This document shows positions 51,213 through 62,332 of a stretch of DNA of 64,000 bases, one piece after another. The DNA is taken from the IMG/VR virus record IMGVR_UViG_3300017754_002544, positions 60,114-124,113 of that record, one strand, 5' to 3'. Made by a program: the position numbers and the translations under genes. Source of the stretch: a virus. The notes below the pieces were generated by a model. It made no database searches and was not told the origin of the DNA. It was given only the letters and a program-made list of their open reading frames with translations. Positions within the stretch are counted from its first letter, which is position 1. The number at the start of each line of letters is the position of its first letter.

Positions 51213-52430
51213 ATGAGTAACGAAAGCGCAAAAATTGTCAGCCTAGCTGATTTAATGTCTGATAACATAGGAGATAATCAGGCACAAGTTGAAAAGGAAG
51301 TGTCTAGTAAAGATTTAACCGCAGCGTTAAATAACGAAGGACCAGACTTTAATTTTTTTAACCTATCTGATGCTAAACGAGCACAGAGTTCTTCAGAAGA
51401 AAGTGAAGAAATTGACAATGATGATAGTGATGAGCCTGCTGGAAGACCTCAAATTCAAACACTAGTAGACTCTCCAGAAATTAAAAGCAATACTGAAGAG
51501 ACTTTAAAGTTTACTTCAAATAATTCTGAAGTTTACAAAAAGACTCTTAAGTCAATGTTTGGAGATTCAATAAGCTCTTTGATTCAAGAAGATGAAGAAG
51601 GGAATGAAATTGAAGTAGCATTAGATGACCTTGATTTAGATGACGAATTGTTTAATCAAATCTTGCAAAGTAAACTAGATGAGATTAAAGAAGAGGCAAC
51701 TAAAGATAAAATTTCAGTAGCAGGAGTTTCTGACTTTACTAGAGATTTAATTGAAATCGATAGAAATGGTGGAGATATAGCTGAGTTGATAAAAGTTAAG
51801 GAGTCATACTCAGACCCATTAGACAGATTAGATCTAACAACTGAGCAAGGTCAAATTCAAGCAATCTATTTAAGAATGCTTGCAGGAGGTCAAGATGAAG
51901 ATACGATTAGAAGATTAATTAACTCTTATAAATCTGAAGGAGTTCTTGAAGAAATAGCTTCAAAAGCTGAAAAAGAACTAAGAGGAGCAATGCAGCAACA
52001 AGTAGAGCATGCTAAACAAGTAGCTGCAGAAAATGCTGAAAAGAGAAAAAATCTTTTAAAGAGTTATAAGAAAGATATAAAAGAAAACTTATCTGATTTT
52101 GAACTTAATGAAAATGTTAAAAATAAAATAGTTTCATTAGCTACAAAAGAAGATGACCACGGAAGGTTTGAAATTGATAGGATATATTATTCTCATAGAG
52201 AAGATCCAAGAAAAGCAGCTAGACTAGCACTTTTCCTACTAGATGAGCAAGAGTATATTAATCAAGTAACCAGAGAAGCTGTAAGAAGTACAAAATTAAA
52301 TACAGCTAAGAAATTAAAAATAGTAACAGGATCCTCGAAATCAAATTCAGGACCGGTTATAAAAGATAATGTAAATAAGTTTGGAGGAGATGGTTTAATT
52401 CCTCTTGAAACTATTGCAGGAGCAAAATAA
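51213..52430 (+). CDS. acidic scaffold-like protein
   Basis: acidic/coiled-coil protein between portal and capsid gene. Confidence 0.55.
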   Translation: MSNESAKIVSLADLMSDNIGDNQAQVEKEVSSKDLTAALNNEGPDFNFFNLSDAKRAQSSSEESEEIDNDDSDEPAGRPQIQTLVDSPEIKSNTEETLKFTSNNSEVYKKTLKSMFGDSISSLIQEDEEGNEIEVALDDLDLDDELFNQILQSKLDEIKEEATKDKISVAGVSDFTRDLIEIDRNGGDIAELIKVKESYSDPLDRLDLTTEQGQIQAIYLRMLAGGQDEDTIRRLINSYKSEGVLEEIASKAEKELRGAMQQQVEHAKQVAAENAEKRKNLLKSYKKDIKENLSDFELNENVKNKIVSLATKEDDHGRFEIDRIYYSHREDPRKAARLALFLLDEQEYINQVTREAVRSTKLNTAKKLKIVTGSSKSNSGPVIKDNVNKFGGDGLIPLETIAGAK

Positions 52431-52453
52431 TAACTTAATATAAAAAATAGAAC

Positions 52454-54139
52454 ATGCAAAACAGATTTGACATTAGAGAGACCATCAACGGTGATGCGGT
52501 GATTGGTTTCACAAGTGCAAAGGAGCTTAAGACCCAAGGATGGGTTGACGCTGCTAAGGTTTCTGCGTATTTGATGGATGACGAAGGTATGGCTCATAGA
52601 AAGCACCTTGGTATGATTAATCTATTCAAAACTACGCACCAAGTAGATATCCCATTTATGAGGGATTTATTCGCTGATTCAGCGGTATTAGAAGTAGCAG
52701 AAGGAGAATCAATCACTTATGATTTGCCAGTTACTCGTACAGAAGTTAGATGCTACACAGCTCAAGATACTTCTAATAAGTACGATTTTCCAGGTATCGA
52801 TGGTGGTGTATTCGAAGTTGTACTTAGTCAAGAATTTACTAAAGGTGACATTCTTACTTACGATGCTCAATATGGTGAGCAAGTTATGGTATCAAGTGAT
52901 CATGAAGTAGAAAGAGTAGGTGAGAATTTCTTGCACTATGTTACTTACATGACTAATGACCAAAGAAAGTGGTTCCCTAAAGACAAATTGATTGCAGGTA
53001 TTCAATATATGAAAATTGGACATGCATTAGCTGAATATGATACAGCATTCTCTTCAATCAACATGATTAAGAATCCAGCTGGATCTATCACTAATGAGTT
53101 TATCCTTGGATCACCTCGTGGTGTTGAGACTTTCATGACAGCAAAAGCTGCTAAAATGAAATCTCCAGGTTTGAACCAATTTACATCAGACATGATGGAT
53201 AGCGTTCAACAAAAATTAGATTATTTAGGAGGTAAGAGCCGTGAGATGTTCTTCATCGCTAACAAGAGAGGAGGTAACTTAGATACTAACTCTATGATGA
53301 TTGGAACAACTCTTGAGTACTTAGCACTTATGGAGCTTGCATTAATGGAAACTTATTCATTATTGTTTGCTAAAGCTGCTACTATTCAAACTTCTAATGG
53401 AATTAAGAGAGTTAACGAAGGTGTTTGGCATCAAATCAGAAGAGGTAAACTTATCAAGTATGCGAAGCCAGGTGGAATCACTGTAGATCACATCCATGAA
53501 GCAGCTTCTTATATCTATAAGAATAGTACAATTCCAGTTAGAGAGCGGACTATTAAATTCAAAGCTGGTTGGTATGCTTACCAAAATGCAATGCAAATTT
53601 TCCGTGAAGAGGCTGTTCAACAGTTGAATGGAATTCCTGCAGGTATGATTGGTACTGATGCTCAAATTAAGCCAGTATTCAAAGGAAACTTGGATGAGCT
53701 TGAAATGCAAGCAGTTGTAATCAACTCAGTATTGATCCCAGGTATTGGTAGAGTTATCGTAGAGCACGATCCATCATTGGATTACCAACCACTTGCTGAC
53801 AGATTTAGTTCAGGAATGTACGGAGAAGGTAAAGCTCATACATCTCACTCAATGGTTATTTGGGACGCTTCTAGCCCAGAGTATAGCAATGTAACTTCTA
53901 AAGTTAAAAATGCTGACTTGGTTGAAGGTGGTTCAATGAAATCAAACATCTACTACATTAAGCCAGAAGGTGCACACGTAGTATATGGATACGAGCAAGG
54001 ACGTATGGCTGATGGTTCTCAGACAACTAATGTACTTACAAGTCTTAAGTATATGGGTAAAACTTTCTGGGCAACTTCTCAATCAGGAGCTCTTGTATTA
54101 GACACAACAAGATACGTTGTTATTGAGTTACAACTCTAA
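52454..54139 (+). CDS. major capsid protein
   Basis: position, size, high-expression codon bias, downstream terminator. Confidence 0.75.
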   Translation: MQNRFDIRETINGDAVIGFTSAKELKTQGWVDAAKVSAYLMDDEGMAHRKHLGMINLFKTTHQVDIPFMRDLFADSAVLEVAEGESITYDLPVTRTEVRCYTAQDTSNKYDFPGIDGGVFEVVLSQEFTKGDILTYDAQYGEQVMVSSDHEVERVGENFLHYVTYMTNDQRKWFPKDKLIAGIQYMKIGHALAEYDTAFSSINMIKNPAGSITNEFILGSPRGVETFMTAKAAKMKSPGLNQFTSDMMDSVQQKLDYLGGKSREMFFIANKRGGNLDTNSMMIGTTLEYLALMELALMETYSLLFAKAATIQTSNGIKRVNEGVWHQIRRGKLIKYAKPGGITVDHIHEAASYIYKNSTIPVRERTIKFKAGWYAYQNAMQIFREEAVQQLNGIPAGMIGTDAQIKPVFKGNLDELEMQAVVINSVLIPGIGRVIVEHDPSLDYQPLADRFSSGMYGEGKAHTSHSMVIWDASSPEYSNVTSKVKNADLVEGGSMKSNIYYIKPEGAHVVYGYEQGRMADGSQTTNVLTSLKYMGKTFWATSQSGALVLDTTRYVVIELQL

Positions 54140-54156
54140 CAGGTATTAAGATATAT

Positions 54157-54186
54157 AGTGGGGGTTAACTAATGCCCCCACTTTAT
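54157..54186 (+). terminator. terminator after capsid gene
   Basis: AGTGGGG/CCCCACT hairpin. Confidence 0.6.
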
Positions 54187-54263
54187 CATATAAATCTTAA
54201 TCTTTTTGCCAAACCAAATATTAGTTAGTAATTTTATACAGACTAATTAAAAACCAAAAAACC

Positions 54264-55232
54264 ATGAGTCAAAAAGGAAATTTAATCTTTGAAGTTGATG
54301 GATTCAAAGTATTTAAAGATTCAATTTATGTCGTAAGAGATAAAGAAGATCTTTCAGCACCATCCGGATTTATTTCCGTAGGTGTAACAAAATTACCATC
54401 AGATGGCGTTGGAGAATCTTTCCAATGTAAGTATGTTCAAAAAACAGCAAAAACTGGAGTTTGGGATACTGGTTTTCACTCTTACTCACCTTGTTATCAA
54501 GGAGTTCCAAAAGAGATTGTTGAAGATAAGGTTAAAAGGTTACAATCAAATGTTGTTGAGCCTTATAGACAAGCAATAGGAAGTGAGAACGCACTCAATC
54601 ATAGCGATGATGAGTTTTGGTCAAGTTTAAATTTTCATATTTACACTGGACAAGTATTTAATACAGATAGCCCGGAGGATGTTCTAACATTGTATTTTGC
54701 TTTATTAACAAAGCAATTGACTCCAAAAGGTTTAGAAGGAGATTCTAGATATAACAACTCTTCATATGTTTGCTTAGATATAACTGAAGATGTTAAGAAA
54801 AAAGATGAAAAAGCATCTAAGAAATTTAGAGCTGTTGGAGTTTTCGAAAATCTTTTAAATACTGATAAGCCAAGATTAGTTGAAATGCTTAATTATCTTA
54901 ATTTAGTTGTTTCACCTGAAATTGAACCAGATGCATTTAGAGGAGTATTTGACCAGTATTTGTCTTCAGGAGAAGGATTTAAAAATGTAGATACATTCTT
55001 AAGACTAATTGAAGAGACAAATGATGAGGTGGGAAGAGCTAAGATATCATTGTATATCAAGTTAAAAGAAGCCTACTCTAGAAATAACAAAGTTACTAAA
55101 AACACAAATGGTATCTATTTTTACGAAAACACAGAAATAGGACCAGATTTAAAAGCAGCCGCTAGTAATATAGCAAAAACTGCAGATTTAAAAGATATAA
55201 AAAGAGAGCTCTTATTAGAAGATGAAGATTGA
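54264..55232 (+). CDS. conserved virion-module protein
   Basis: synteny after the MCP. Confidence 0.55.
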   Translation: MSQKGNLIFEVDGFKVFKDSIYVVRDKEDLSAPSGFISVGVTKLPSDGVGESFQCKYVQKTAKTGVWDTGFHSYSPCYQGVPKEIVEDKVKRLQSNVVEPYRQAIGSENALNHSDDEFWSSLNFHIYTGQVFNTDSPEDVLTLYFALLTKQLTPKGLEGDSRYNNSSYVCLDITEDVKKKDEKASKKFRAVGVFENLLNTDKPRLVEMLNYLNLVVSPEIEPDAFRGVFDQYLSSGEGFKNVDTFLRLIEETNDEVGRAKISLYIKLKEAYSRNNKVTKNTNGIYFYENTEIGPDLKAAASNIAKTADLKDIKRELLLEDED

Positions 55233-55890
55233 AGAAGCATATCTACGTTTTTTAAACCAGGTTAATCGAAACCTAACAAATAACAACATTAATGTAGATA
55301 GACCAAGATTTGTTCTTCTATTTAATGATATAGCTAATAGATACCTTGAGTGGATTCTCGAAAAAAGAAATGAAGATGCAATTAGATATGTATCACCACT
55401 CTTGGTACTAGATAGCGAAATACCAAAAGTCTCAAGTAGCCCAAGACATGATGACTTTGAATTACCAAAAGACTATTTTGATTTAGCTAATTTAACAGTC
55501 TTTGGAAGTAATAAAAATTGTAAACTAGTACAATTAAAAACTTGGGAAATAAAAATAGAAGATGTTGAAGAACTATACTACGATGAATTCAACTCTCCAT
55601 CTATAGATTGGCAAGAAACATTCTATACAACAGCCAACAATAAAGTCGCAGTCTATAAAAAAGACTTTGATATAAGCAAAGCAAAACTATCTTACTATAG
55701 ATATCCAAAAAAAGTAGACATCGAAGGGTACACAAATTTTGATGGGACACCTTCACAAAATATTGATCCAGAATTTGATGATAAAGTAGTTAATAGAATC
55801 CTAATAGCTATGTCAAAAGAGTTCTCAGCAATAAACGATGATGCTACAAGATATCAAGTTGATAATGCTAGACTATTTACGCAAATATAA
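55222..55890 (+). CDS. putative ring/head-tail connector protein
   Basis: LPKDY and YYRYPKKV motifs typical of crAss-like ring proteins. Confidence 0.55.
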   Translation: MKIEEAYLRFLNQVNRNLTNNNINVDRPRFVLLFNDIANRYLEWILEKRNEDAIRYVSPLLVLDSEIPKVSSSPRHDDFELPKDYFDLANLTVFGSNKNCKLVQLKTWEIKIEDVEELYYDEFNSPSIDWQETFYTTANNKVAVYKKDFDISKAKLSYYRYPKKVDIEGYTNFDGTPSQNIDPEFDDKVVNRILIAMSKEFSAINDDATRYQVDNARLFTQI

Positions 55891-55926
55891 AACAGAATAA
55901 ATAACAATTAATTTAAAACAAAAACA

Positions 55927-58203
55927 ATGGGATTAAACAGAGCATTTGACAGGCCATTCTTCGTAATAGGTGGTAATGTTAAGACAAGTGGTGGTTCCCT
56001 TGATTTGGCAAAAGGACAATTAGCCCTTATTGACCAATCAGTAACAACTGCCAATGGTGCTAAAGTTGTAGCAACTACAGCTGGAAAACCAAAAGACGCA
56101 AAAGATTTCGTACTTCGCTTAGGAGTTGCGGACAGAGAGCCTAATCGTTCTTACTCTAATAAAGATGAATCAACTATGCCATTCTCTTTAAACAATGTAG
56201 TAGGATTGACAGTTAGTGCTCCTGAAAGAACTGAGCAATCTGTGGATGAAGTTATTATCGGTTATGATGGTATGAATCCAAATACTGCATTTAACTTCAA
56301 GACTGGTGATTCTTACTTTAGATTATCACTTGAATTGAAAGGTGGTGCTGTATCTTTCCGTGGAGGTAAAGGAGATACTGAAGTTGTTAATATCAATATT
56401 GAAGTACCTGAGTGTGATCCATTTGACAATTGTGTTGAGTGTACTGAGTGTGATGGAGTTGATTGTAAGACAATTACTCTTGAAGCAATTGAAAGACTTA
56501 AGAGAAAGCAGTTATCAGGTGGCTTAACTGTAGATCAGCTTATTGATATCACTCCAGTATTTAGTTGTGATACAGATGCAGTTCTTGATGAAGTTGCTTA
56601 TAACTACTACTGTTTGGAAGTATGTGATACTGGAACTGACGCAGCTTTAGCTTTAGTTCAAGCACAAGTTGGTTATAAGACAGTTAGAATTGATAGAGTT
56701 GGATCAACTTCAAAATATCAAATCCTAATTCCTGCTACAGAAGGAGCTCCATCTGATTATTTTCAGCAAGTTGCATCTTTGATTAAAGGATGCGAAGATT
56801 GTCCAGAGCCTTATGTTGAAATATCTGGTGGATATTTCTACGCTGTTACAATTGAAGATGATGGTATAGATTTAACTGCAACATTTGCCGCAGCATTTCC
56901 AACAGCTATCGATATAATTAAAGAGGATAATAACAATTATGGCGTAGGTTTCTATACACTAGTAATGCCAACTTTAATATCACAATCTACAATTGACTCT
57001 TTTGTAGCTGGAGCAGCTCCAAGAAATACTTCTACATTTAGCAAAGGAATTAAAATTGCATCACTTTGTGAATTTGACGGAAGACTTAACCAGATACAGT
57101 GGACTCTATGTGGAACTTGTAATGTAATCGAAGAGACTTACTCAATCGTTTTACCAGACAACATTTGTGGAGACACTAGATTAGACGAGTTAAATGCAGC
57201 ATACGATTCAGGAGTTGTTGTAGCAGAGACTGCTGGAACAGGAGTAGTAGTAACTTTATCAGGTTCAACCGGAGATGCTGGTGAATTTGCAATTGAAGGT
57301 AACACATACGCTATAGCTTTTGCTACTAGTTTAGCAGTAACCGCTCAAAACTTTGTTGATGATCATGCTCAAGCTATCTATGACACTTTTGGAATAACTG
57401 TTACAAATAGTGGAGCTACCTTAATTTTTGCTTCTTTATCAGAAGATTGGGTTCTACCTACTTACACTGAAGATGGATTAACTGCTTCTTTTGGAGCAGA
57501 AGGTGAACAGTTAGTACCAGATAGAAATGCTTGTCAAACTCGATATACAACTACAGTTATCTCTAACATTGTTTGTGAAGAGTGTGATCCTATCTTTAAA
57601 GATTACTATGTAACTTCAGCTCCTGAAAGCTATGATACAGTTAAGTGGGAAAAAGTTAGTAATCCTACTGTACTTCCTTCTGGAAACTGCTTATGTGGTA
57701 TCAGATTCAAGTCTAGAGAATTTATTCTTGAAGGTGATGAAGCATTGAGAGATCTTGTAGGATTTACTGAAACTTCAACTCAAATTCGAGTAGCTGCAGG
57801 ATATCCTGAAGAAATCAGAGAAGGTATTGGTAGACTTCCAAAAGGAAGGTATGAGCCTAAGTACTTATCAAGATGGATTCCAAGAACTCACTTGGCTGGT
57901 AACTTGAGAGCGTTTGAAAACGAAGGAAGAGCTTACTTTAGAGGATTAGACTACAGAAAAGATTACTTAGGAAGATTACTTAGAGGTGAAACTTCTAACA
58001 TGGAAGATCAATCTAAGCAATATGTTCAGTATACTTTAAAAGTTAGCCACTTTAATCATACTCAAGGCTTTGCTGGAAGAATCAATGAAGATATCAACTA
58101 CGATATTTTTGTTGAAGTAGGTCTACATCAAAATGTAGAGAACTTGTTGAATAACATTGCATCAGCTGCAGGTATTCCAACAGTTCAAGCATTCGGAGTA
58201 TAA
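55927..58203 (+). CDS. Cys-rich abundant structural protein
   Basis: 758 aa, many CxxC, capsid-like codon bias, followed by a terminator. Confidence 0.6.
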   Translation: MGLNRAFDRPFFVIGGNVKTSGGSLDLAKGQLALIDQSVTTANGAKVVATTAGKPKDAKDFVLRLGVADREPNRSYSNKDESTMPFSLNNVVGLTVSAPERTEQSVDEVIIGYDGMNPNTAFNFKTGDSYFRLSLELKGGAVSFRGGKGDTEVVNINIEVPECDPFDNCVECTECDGVDCKTITLEAIERLKRKQLSGGLTVDQLIDITPVFSCDTDAVLDEVAYNYYCLEVCDTGTDAALALVQAQVGYKTVRIDRVGSTSKYQILIPATEGAPSDYFQQVASLIKGCEDCPEPYVEISGGYFYAVTIEDDGIDLTATFAAAFPTAIDIIKEDNNNYGVGFYTLVMPTLISQSTIDSFVAGAAPRNTSTFSKGIKIASLCEFDGRLNQIQWTLCGTCNVIEETYSIVLPDNICGDTRLDELNAAYDSGVVVAETAGTGVVVTLSGSTGDAGEFAIEGNTYAIAFATSLAVTAQNFVDDHAQAIYDTFGITVTNSGATLIFASLSEDWVLPTYTEDGLTASFGAEGEQLVPDRNACQTRYTTTVISNIVCEECDPIFKDYYVTSAPESYDTVKWEKVSNPTVLPSGNCLCGIRFKSREFILEGDEALRDLVGFTETSTQIRVAAGYPEEIREGIGRLPKGRYEPKYLSRWIPRTHLAGNLRAFENEGRAYFRGLDYRKDYLGRLLRGETSNMEDQSKQYVQYTLKVSHFNHTQGFAGRINEDINYDIFVEVGLHQNVENLLNNIASAAGIPTVQAFGV

Positions 58204-58220
58204 TACTACCTAACATATAT

Positions 58221-58260
58221 AGGGGAGGGAGGAGTTTTACAATTCCCTCTCCCTTTTTAT
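58221..58260 (+). terminator. intrinsic terminator
   Basis: GGGGAGGGA/TCCCTCTCCC stem plus T-run. Confidence 0.7.
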
Positions 58261-58293
58261 TTTATAAATATTAATAGCTTAATACTTTAAAAA

Positions 58294-58650
58294 ATGTCGA
58301 ATGAAGCTATAAGAGTAAGATTACAAGAGCTAAAAGCAAAACTTTGTTGTATATCAGATCAAATTACCGAGGTATCGTCTAATACATCAATAATGGTGTC
58401 GCTTTTAGATTTACTAAGACCAGTAGAGAGGGTAGCAAATGTACTATCTACAACAGGTTCAGGCTCAACATCAGCAGGTGTTTATAGTGTATCTATTGCA
58501 AATGTAGGCGCAGCAGCTGGAATAGTCAATGGACAATCTATACCAGCAGGGACTACACTTAATTTTGATGCAGGAGTATTAAATAATACACTTGGAGCAA
58601 TCACATATAATGCAACTGGTACAACATTCATAATTACATACCTTACTTAA
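58294..58650 (+). CDS. putative structural protein
   Basis: G/S/T-rich beta C-terminus. Confidence 0.5.
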   Translation: MSNEAIRVRLQELKAKLCCISDQITEVSSNTSIMVSLLDLLRPVERVANVLSTTGSGSTSAGVYSVSIANVGAAAGIVNGQSIPAGTTLNFDAGVLNNTLGAITYNATGTTFIITYLT

Positions 58651-59891
58651 TGGGTACTATTATATCATCTAATGGGTTAAATAATTTTAACTTACTTAAT
58701 AATCTACCTATGCTTGCTGATGCATTTGGTAGATTAAGAGTATCTAGTCCTTTAACATTATTTGATTCATCCCATAGATATAAAGATAATGGTCTATGGA
58801 ATACAAAAACAGCTAATGGAGGTACCGCAGTATTTAGTGCTAATGAAGGTCTAGTAAACTTAAATGTAACTACTGCTAGTGGATCTGAAGTACTTAGAGA
58901 AACTACTAAAGTATTTTCTTATCAACCAGGTAAGTCATTACTTGTACTAAACACATTTGTAATGGCACCTGCTCAACGAGGATTAAGACAAAGAGTAGGT
59001 TATTTTGGTGTAGACAATGGTATATATTTACAACTTAATGATACTACTCTAAGTTTTGTAGAAAGAAGTTTGGTTACAGGTCCTGTCACAGAAACAGTTG
59101 TTGATCAATCTTCTTGGAATATAGATACACTAGATGGTAATGGACCATCAGGAATAACTCTAGATATTACCAAAGCTCAAATCATGTTTATGGATATTGA
59201 GTGGCTAGGTGAAGGAACTGTAAGAATAGGTTTTATCATAGATGGCAACTTTATACTTTGTCATAAGTTTAATCATGCTAACTTAATTACATCAACTTAC
59301 ATCACAACTGCATCTCTACCATTAAGATACGAGATAACTAACACAGGAGTAACAGCAAATCCAAGTACATTAAAACAAGTTTGTTCTAGTGTTATATCTG
59401 AAGGGGGGTATGAACTTAGAGGAGCTCAACAAGCAGTAGGTATCCCTATTACTGCTCCTAGAAGTTTAGCTGTAGCAGGTACGTATTATCCTATTGTAAG
59501 TATAAAACTTAGATCGGGTTACTTAGATGGTGTAGTTATTCTAACTGCTCTATCTATTATGGGTGTATCTACAGGTATATACAATTGGAAAATAGTGGCT
59601 AGTGGTACAACAACTGGAGGTGCATGGAATCCTGCATCAACAGATTCAGCTGTAGAATATAATATAACAGGAACTAGTTTTGCAGGAGGTAGAACATTAG
59701 CATCTGGATTTATTACGTCAACTACACAAGCTTCAGTTAATCTAGATATACTTAAAGAAGCTTTATTTAGCTTCCAATTAGAAAGAAATAGTTTTACTAG
59801 TACTCCTTCTGAAATTACATTAATAGTAAGTGCTAGTACTAATACAGAACTTATTTATGCATCAATGGACTGGGAAGAAGTAAGCAGATAA
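58650..59891 (+). CDS. putative virion fibre/decoration protein
   Basis: DAFGRLRVS.P.TLFD, YQPGKS, beta-rich. Confidence 0.55.
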   Translation: MGTIISSNGLNNFNLLNNLPMLADAFGRLRVSSPLTLFDSSHRYKDNGLWNTKTANGGTAVFSANEGLVNLNVTTASGSEVLRETTKVFSYQPGKSLLVLNTFVMAPAQRGLRQRVGYFGVDNGIYLQLNDTTLSFVERSLVTGPVTETVVDQSSWNIDTLDGNGPSGITLDITKAQIMFMDIEWLGEGTVRIGFIIDGNFILCHKFNHANLITSTYITTASLPLRYEITNTGVTANPSTLKQVCSSVISEGGYELRGAQQAVGIPITAPRSLAVAGTYYPIVSIKLRSGYLDGVVILTALSIMGVSTGIYNWKIVASGTTTGGAWNPASTDSAVEYNITGTSFAGGRTLASGFITSTTQASVNLDILKEALFSFQLERNSFTSTPSEITLIVSASTNTELIYASMDWEEVSR

Positions 59892-59901
59892 TATAAATTA
59901 T

Positions 59902-60756
59902 ATGGCAACTAATATTAACTTTAATAGCACGTTAGGTATTGTTAAAAACAGTATTGTTATAACTAGTCAAGGAGGTATAGATCCAGATGCTCAGGCTTTT
60001 ATAACAGCTGCTGGAATAACAGATGCTACTCAAATTACTGCTGTCAATCAACTAGTATTAGATCTTAAATCATATAATATTTGGGATAACTTACGTGTTG
60101 TTTATCCATTTGTTGGAGGTACTGCAACTTCTCATAAATTTAACCTTAAAGATCCTCAAGACACAGACGCAGCTTATAGAATTTCATTTAATGGCGGATG
60201 GACACATAGTAATACAGGAATACAACCAAATGGAACAAACGCATGGGGAAATACAAGATATTATCCAGGATTTGTACCAGGTTACTCTATTACAAGTGAT
60301 TCTGTTCATATATCTTTTTACTCTAGAACAGATTCTCAAAGCGGTAATGATCTTGGAGGTGCTAGTAATAATACATATATTAGAGGTTTATATTTTATGA
60401 CAAAATATACAGATGGTACAAGATATATGAATGCGTTTGGTTCTGGTAGTGTATTGACTACTGGGTATCCTTCTACAACAGGATTTTTTGTATTAAGAAG
60501 AGATAATTCTGCTACAACTATAAAAACTAGTAGAAATGGAGTTAATACTTCTATTGCTCAAAACCTACCACTTTTTGGAAATTATATTGCAGCAATTTCT
60601 GCTATCAACTTAGGACCAGGAACTAATACAAGAACATTTTTTTCAAATAGAGAGTTAGCATTTGTTTCTATGGGACCAGGCTTAACAGATACACAAGCAA
60701 GTAATTTCAATACAGCAGTACAAACATTTCAAACAACTTTAGGACGTAACGTATGA
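59902..60756 (+). CDS. putative virion fibre (LamG-like) protein
   Basis: DPDAQAFITAAGIT...YPFVGG...FQTTLGRNV. Confidence 0.55.
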   Translation: MATNINFNSTLGIVKNSIVITSQGGIDPDAQAFITAAGITDATQITAVNQLVLDLKSYNIWDNLRVVYPFVGGTATSHKFNLKDPQDTDAAYRISFNGGWTHSNTGIQPNGTNAWGNTRYYPGFVPGYSITSDSVHISFYSRTDSQSGNDLGGASNNTYIRGLYFMTKYTDGTRYMNAFGSGSVLTTGYPSTTGFFVLRRDNSATTIKTSRNGVNTSIAQNLPLFGNYIAAISAINLGPGTNTRTFFSNRELAFVSMGPGLTDTQASNFNTAVQTFQTTLGRNV

Positions 60757-60977
60757 TACAAGTAGGACTTTTAACTGAAGAACAAAAGGATTTGTTAGAT
60801 GGACAACTATTTGACATTGATAGTTATTTTGGACCCATACAAGACAATAATAATAACTGGGTTATTTCAATAGAAGAAATAAATCAGACAACTAATGAAG
60901 AATTTTTTTGGGTAAAATCATTAACATTAATTGAGTATATCCCACAACCTGACCCAGAATTACCAACAGATTTATAA
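60753..60977 (+). CDS. small acidic protein accompanying the fibre gene
   Basis: overlaps the stop of the preceding ORF. Confidence 0.55.
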   Translation: MIQVGLLTEEQKDLLDGQLFDIDSYFGPIQDNNNNWVISIEEINQTTNEEFFWVKSLTLIEYIPQPDPELPTDL

Positions 60978-61002
60978 CATTTATATTATTTAACTTTTTA
61001 TA

Positions 61003-61488
61003 ATGAAAGAAGAAGCGACTTCAGGTTTTATAGGATTTAGTAGCCCATTAGATTTTTTTCATTCTTTAGTAGGAGCGAAAAATTGGGTTTTTAATGGATT
61101 TACAGCTTTTATAGCTGGTTTAGCTTCTTTTGTAACTAATTACATTTGGGATGACTCAACTGCAGTATTTACACTATGGTCTTTGATGTTAGCAGATTGG
61201 TTTACAGGAATACTTAAAGCAATTGTAAACAAAAGATTTGTAAGCTTTAAAATTTGGAGAATGCCTTTATATTTTGTAGCTACTTCTTACATACTACATA
61301 TATCTTGGTATATGGCTAAAGGCAATGCAATATTCTCCTTCTTACCAGGAATTGTTATAGGAGGTTTTTATTCAGTATATTTTATATCATTATTAGAAAA
61401 TTTAGGAGATATAAATTTACTTCCTAAAAAATTAGTAAGTGTACTAAAATCAAAATTTGGATTAAAAAAATTATTAGACAAAGAGTAG
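61003..61488 (+). CDS. holin
   Basis: several TM helices, D.FTGILKA...SLLENL, basic C-terminus. Confidence 0.7.
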   Translation: MKEEATSGFIGFSSPLDFFHSLVGAKNWVFNGFTAFIAGLASFVTNYIWDDSTAVFTLWSLMLADWFTGILKAIVNKRFVSFKIWRMPLYFVATSYILHISWYMAKGNAIFSFLPGIVIGGFYSVYFISLLENLGDINLLPKKLVSVLKSKFGLKKLLDKE

Positions 61489-61489
61489 T

Positions 61490-61981
61490 ATGAATCCAAC
61501 AAGACTAAAAACAGGAGATATACTCCATTGTACAGGAAAAAGATTAATAAGTAGAATCATTAAATGGTTTACTAAATCTAAATTTTCACATTCAGCACTA
61601 TTTGTAGAAATTTGGGGAAGTCCTTATATAATAGATGCTCAAAAAGATGGAGTAAACTTAAGACCATGGGATGAATGGTTAAAAGAATATGACTATAAAT
61701 TTATAGTACATAGATCATCAGGTATAATTAATGAAAGAGACATAGCTGAAAGAGCCTTAACTAGAGTTGGAAGTACTGGATATGATTTTGAAAGCCTTAT
61801 TTTTAAACAGCCTATAGAACTAATCACAGGTAAGTGGAATAAGAAAAAAGATGAAACTCAAAGAATGTATTGTTCTGAATTTGTTTCATGGGTTTATTCA
61901 ATAGATAGATCATATAGAATGTCACCAGAAGACTTATATAATTGGTGTATCAATAATCAATTTTACGAAATAGTATTGTAG
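61490..61981 (+). CDS. permuted papain-like amidase (YiiX/YaeF)
   Basis: GDIL, FSHSAL, YD, YCSEFV, SPEDL. Confidence 0.8.
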   Translation: MNPTRLKTGDILHCTGKRLISRIIKWFTKSKFSHSALFVEIWGSPYIIDAQKDGVNLRPWDEWLKEYDYKFIVHRSSGIINERDIAERALTRVGSTGYDFESLIFKQPIELITGKWNKKKDETQRMYCSEFVSWVYSIDRSYRMSPEDLYNWCINNQFYEIVL

Positions 61982-61982
61982 T

Positions 61983-62321
61983 ATGCCAAAGGATTCGTGT
62001 TATTATAGTGTAAAGTCACGTTACGCAATATTCCCTTCAGCTAGGGCTTCTCAAGCTATTGCCAAATGTAGGAAGAAATCAGGTAAAGTGATTAAAACTA
62101 AAAAAGGCACAGAGCTTAAAAGATGGCAAGCAGAAAAATGGCAAGATACTAGAACAGGTAAACCTTGTGGTGCCGGAGGAAAAAATGAATATTGTAGACC
62201 TACAAAAAGAATATCTAAAGACACACCTAAGACAAAATCTGAACTATCTCCTTCTAAACTAAAATCTAAAAAAGCTGAAAAGTCTAAAGTAGGTATGGGA
62301 AGAAGAGTTAAAAAAGTTTAA
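61983..62321 (+). CDS. small highly basic protein
   Basis: PSA.AS...KCR, LKRW..EKW, CRP..RIS..TPKT. Confidence 0.6.
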   Translation: MPKDSCYYSVKSRYAIFPSARASQAIAKCRKKSGKVIKTKKGTELKRWQAEKWQDTRTGKPCGAGGKNEYCRPTKRISKDTPKTKSELSPSKLKSKKAEKSKVGMGRRVKKV

Positions 62322-62332
62322 TTATAAAAGTT

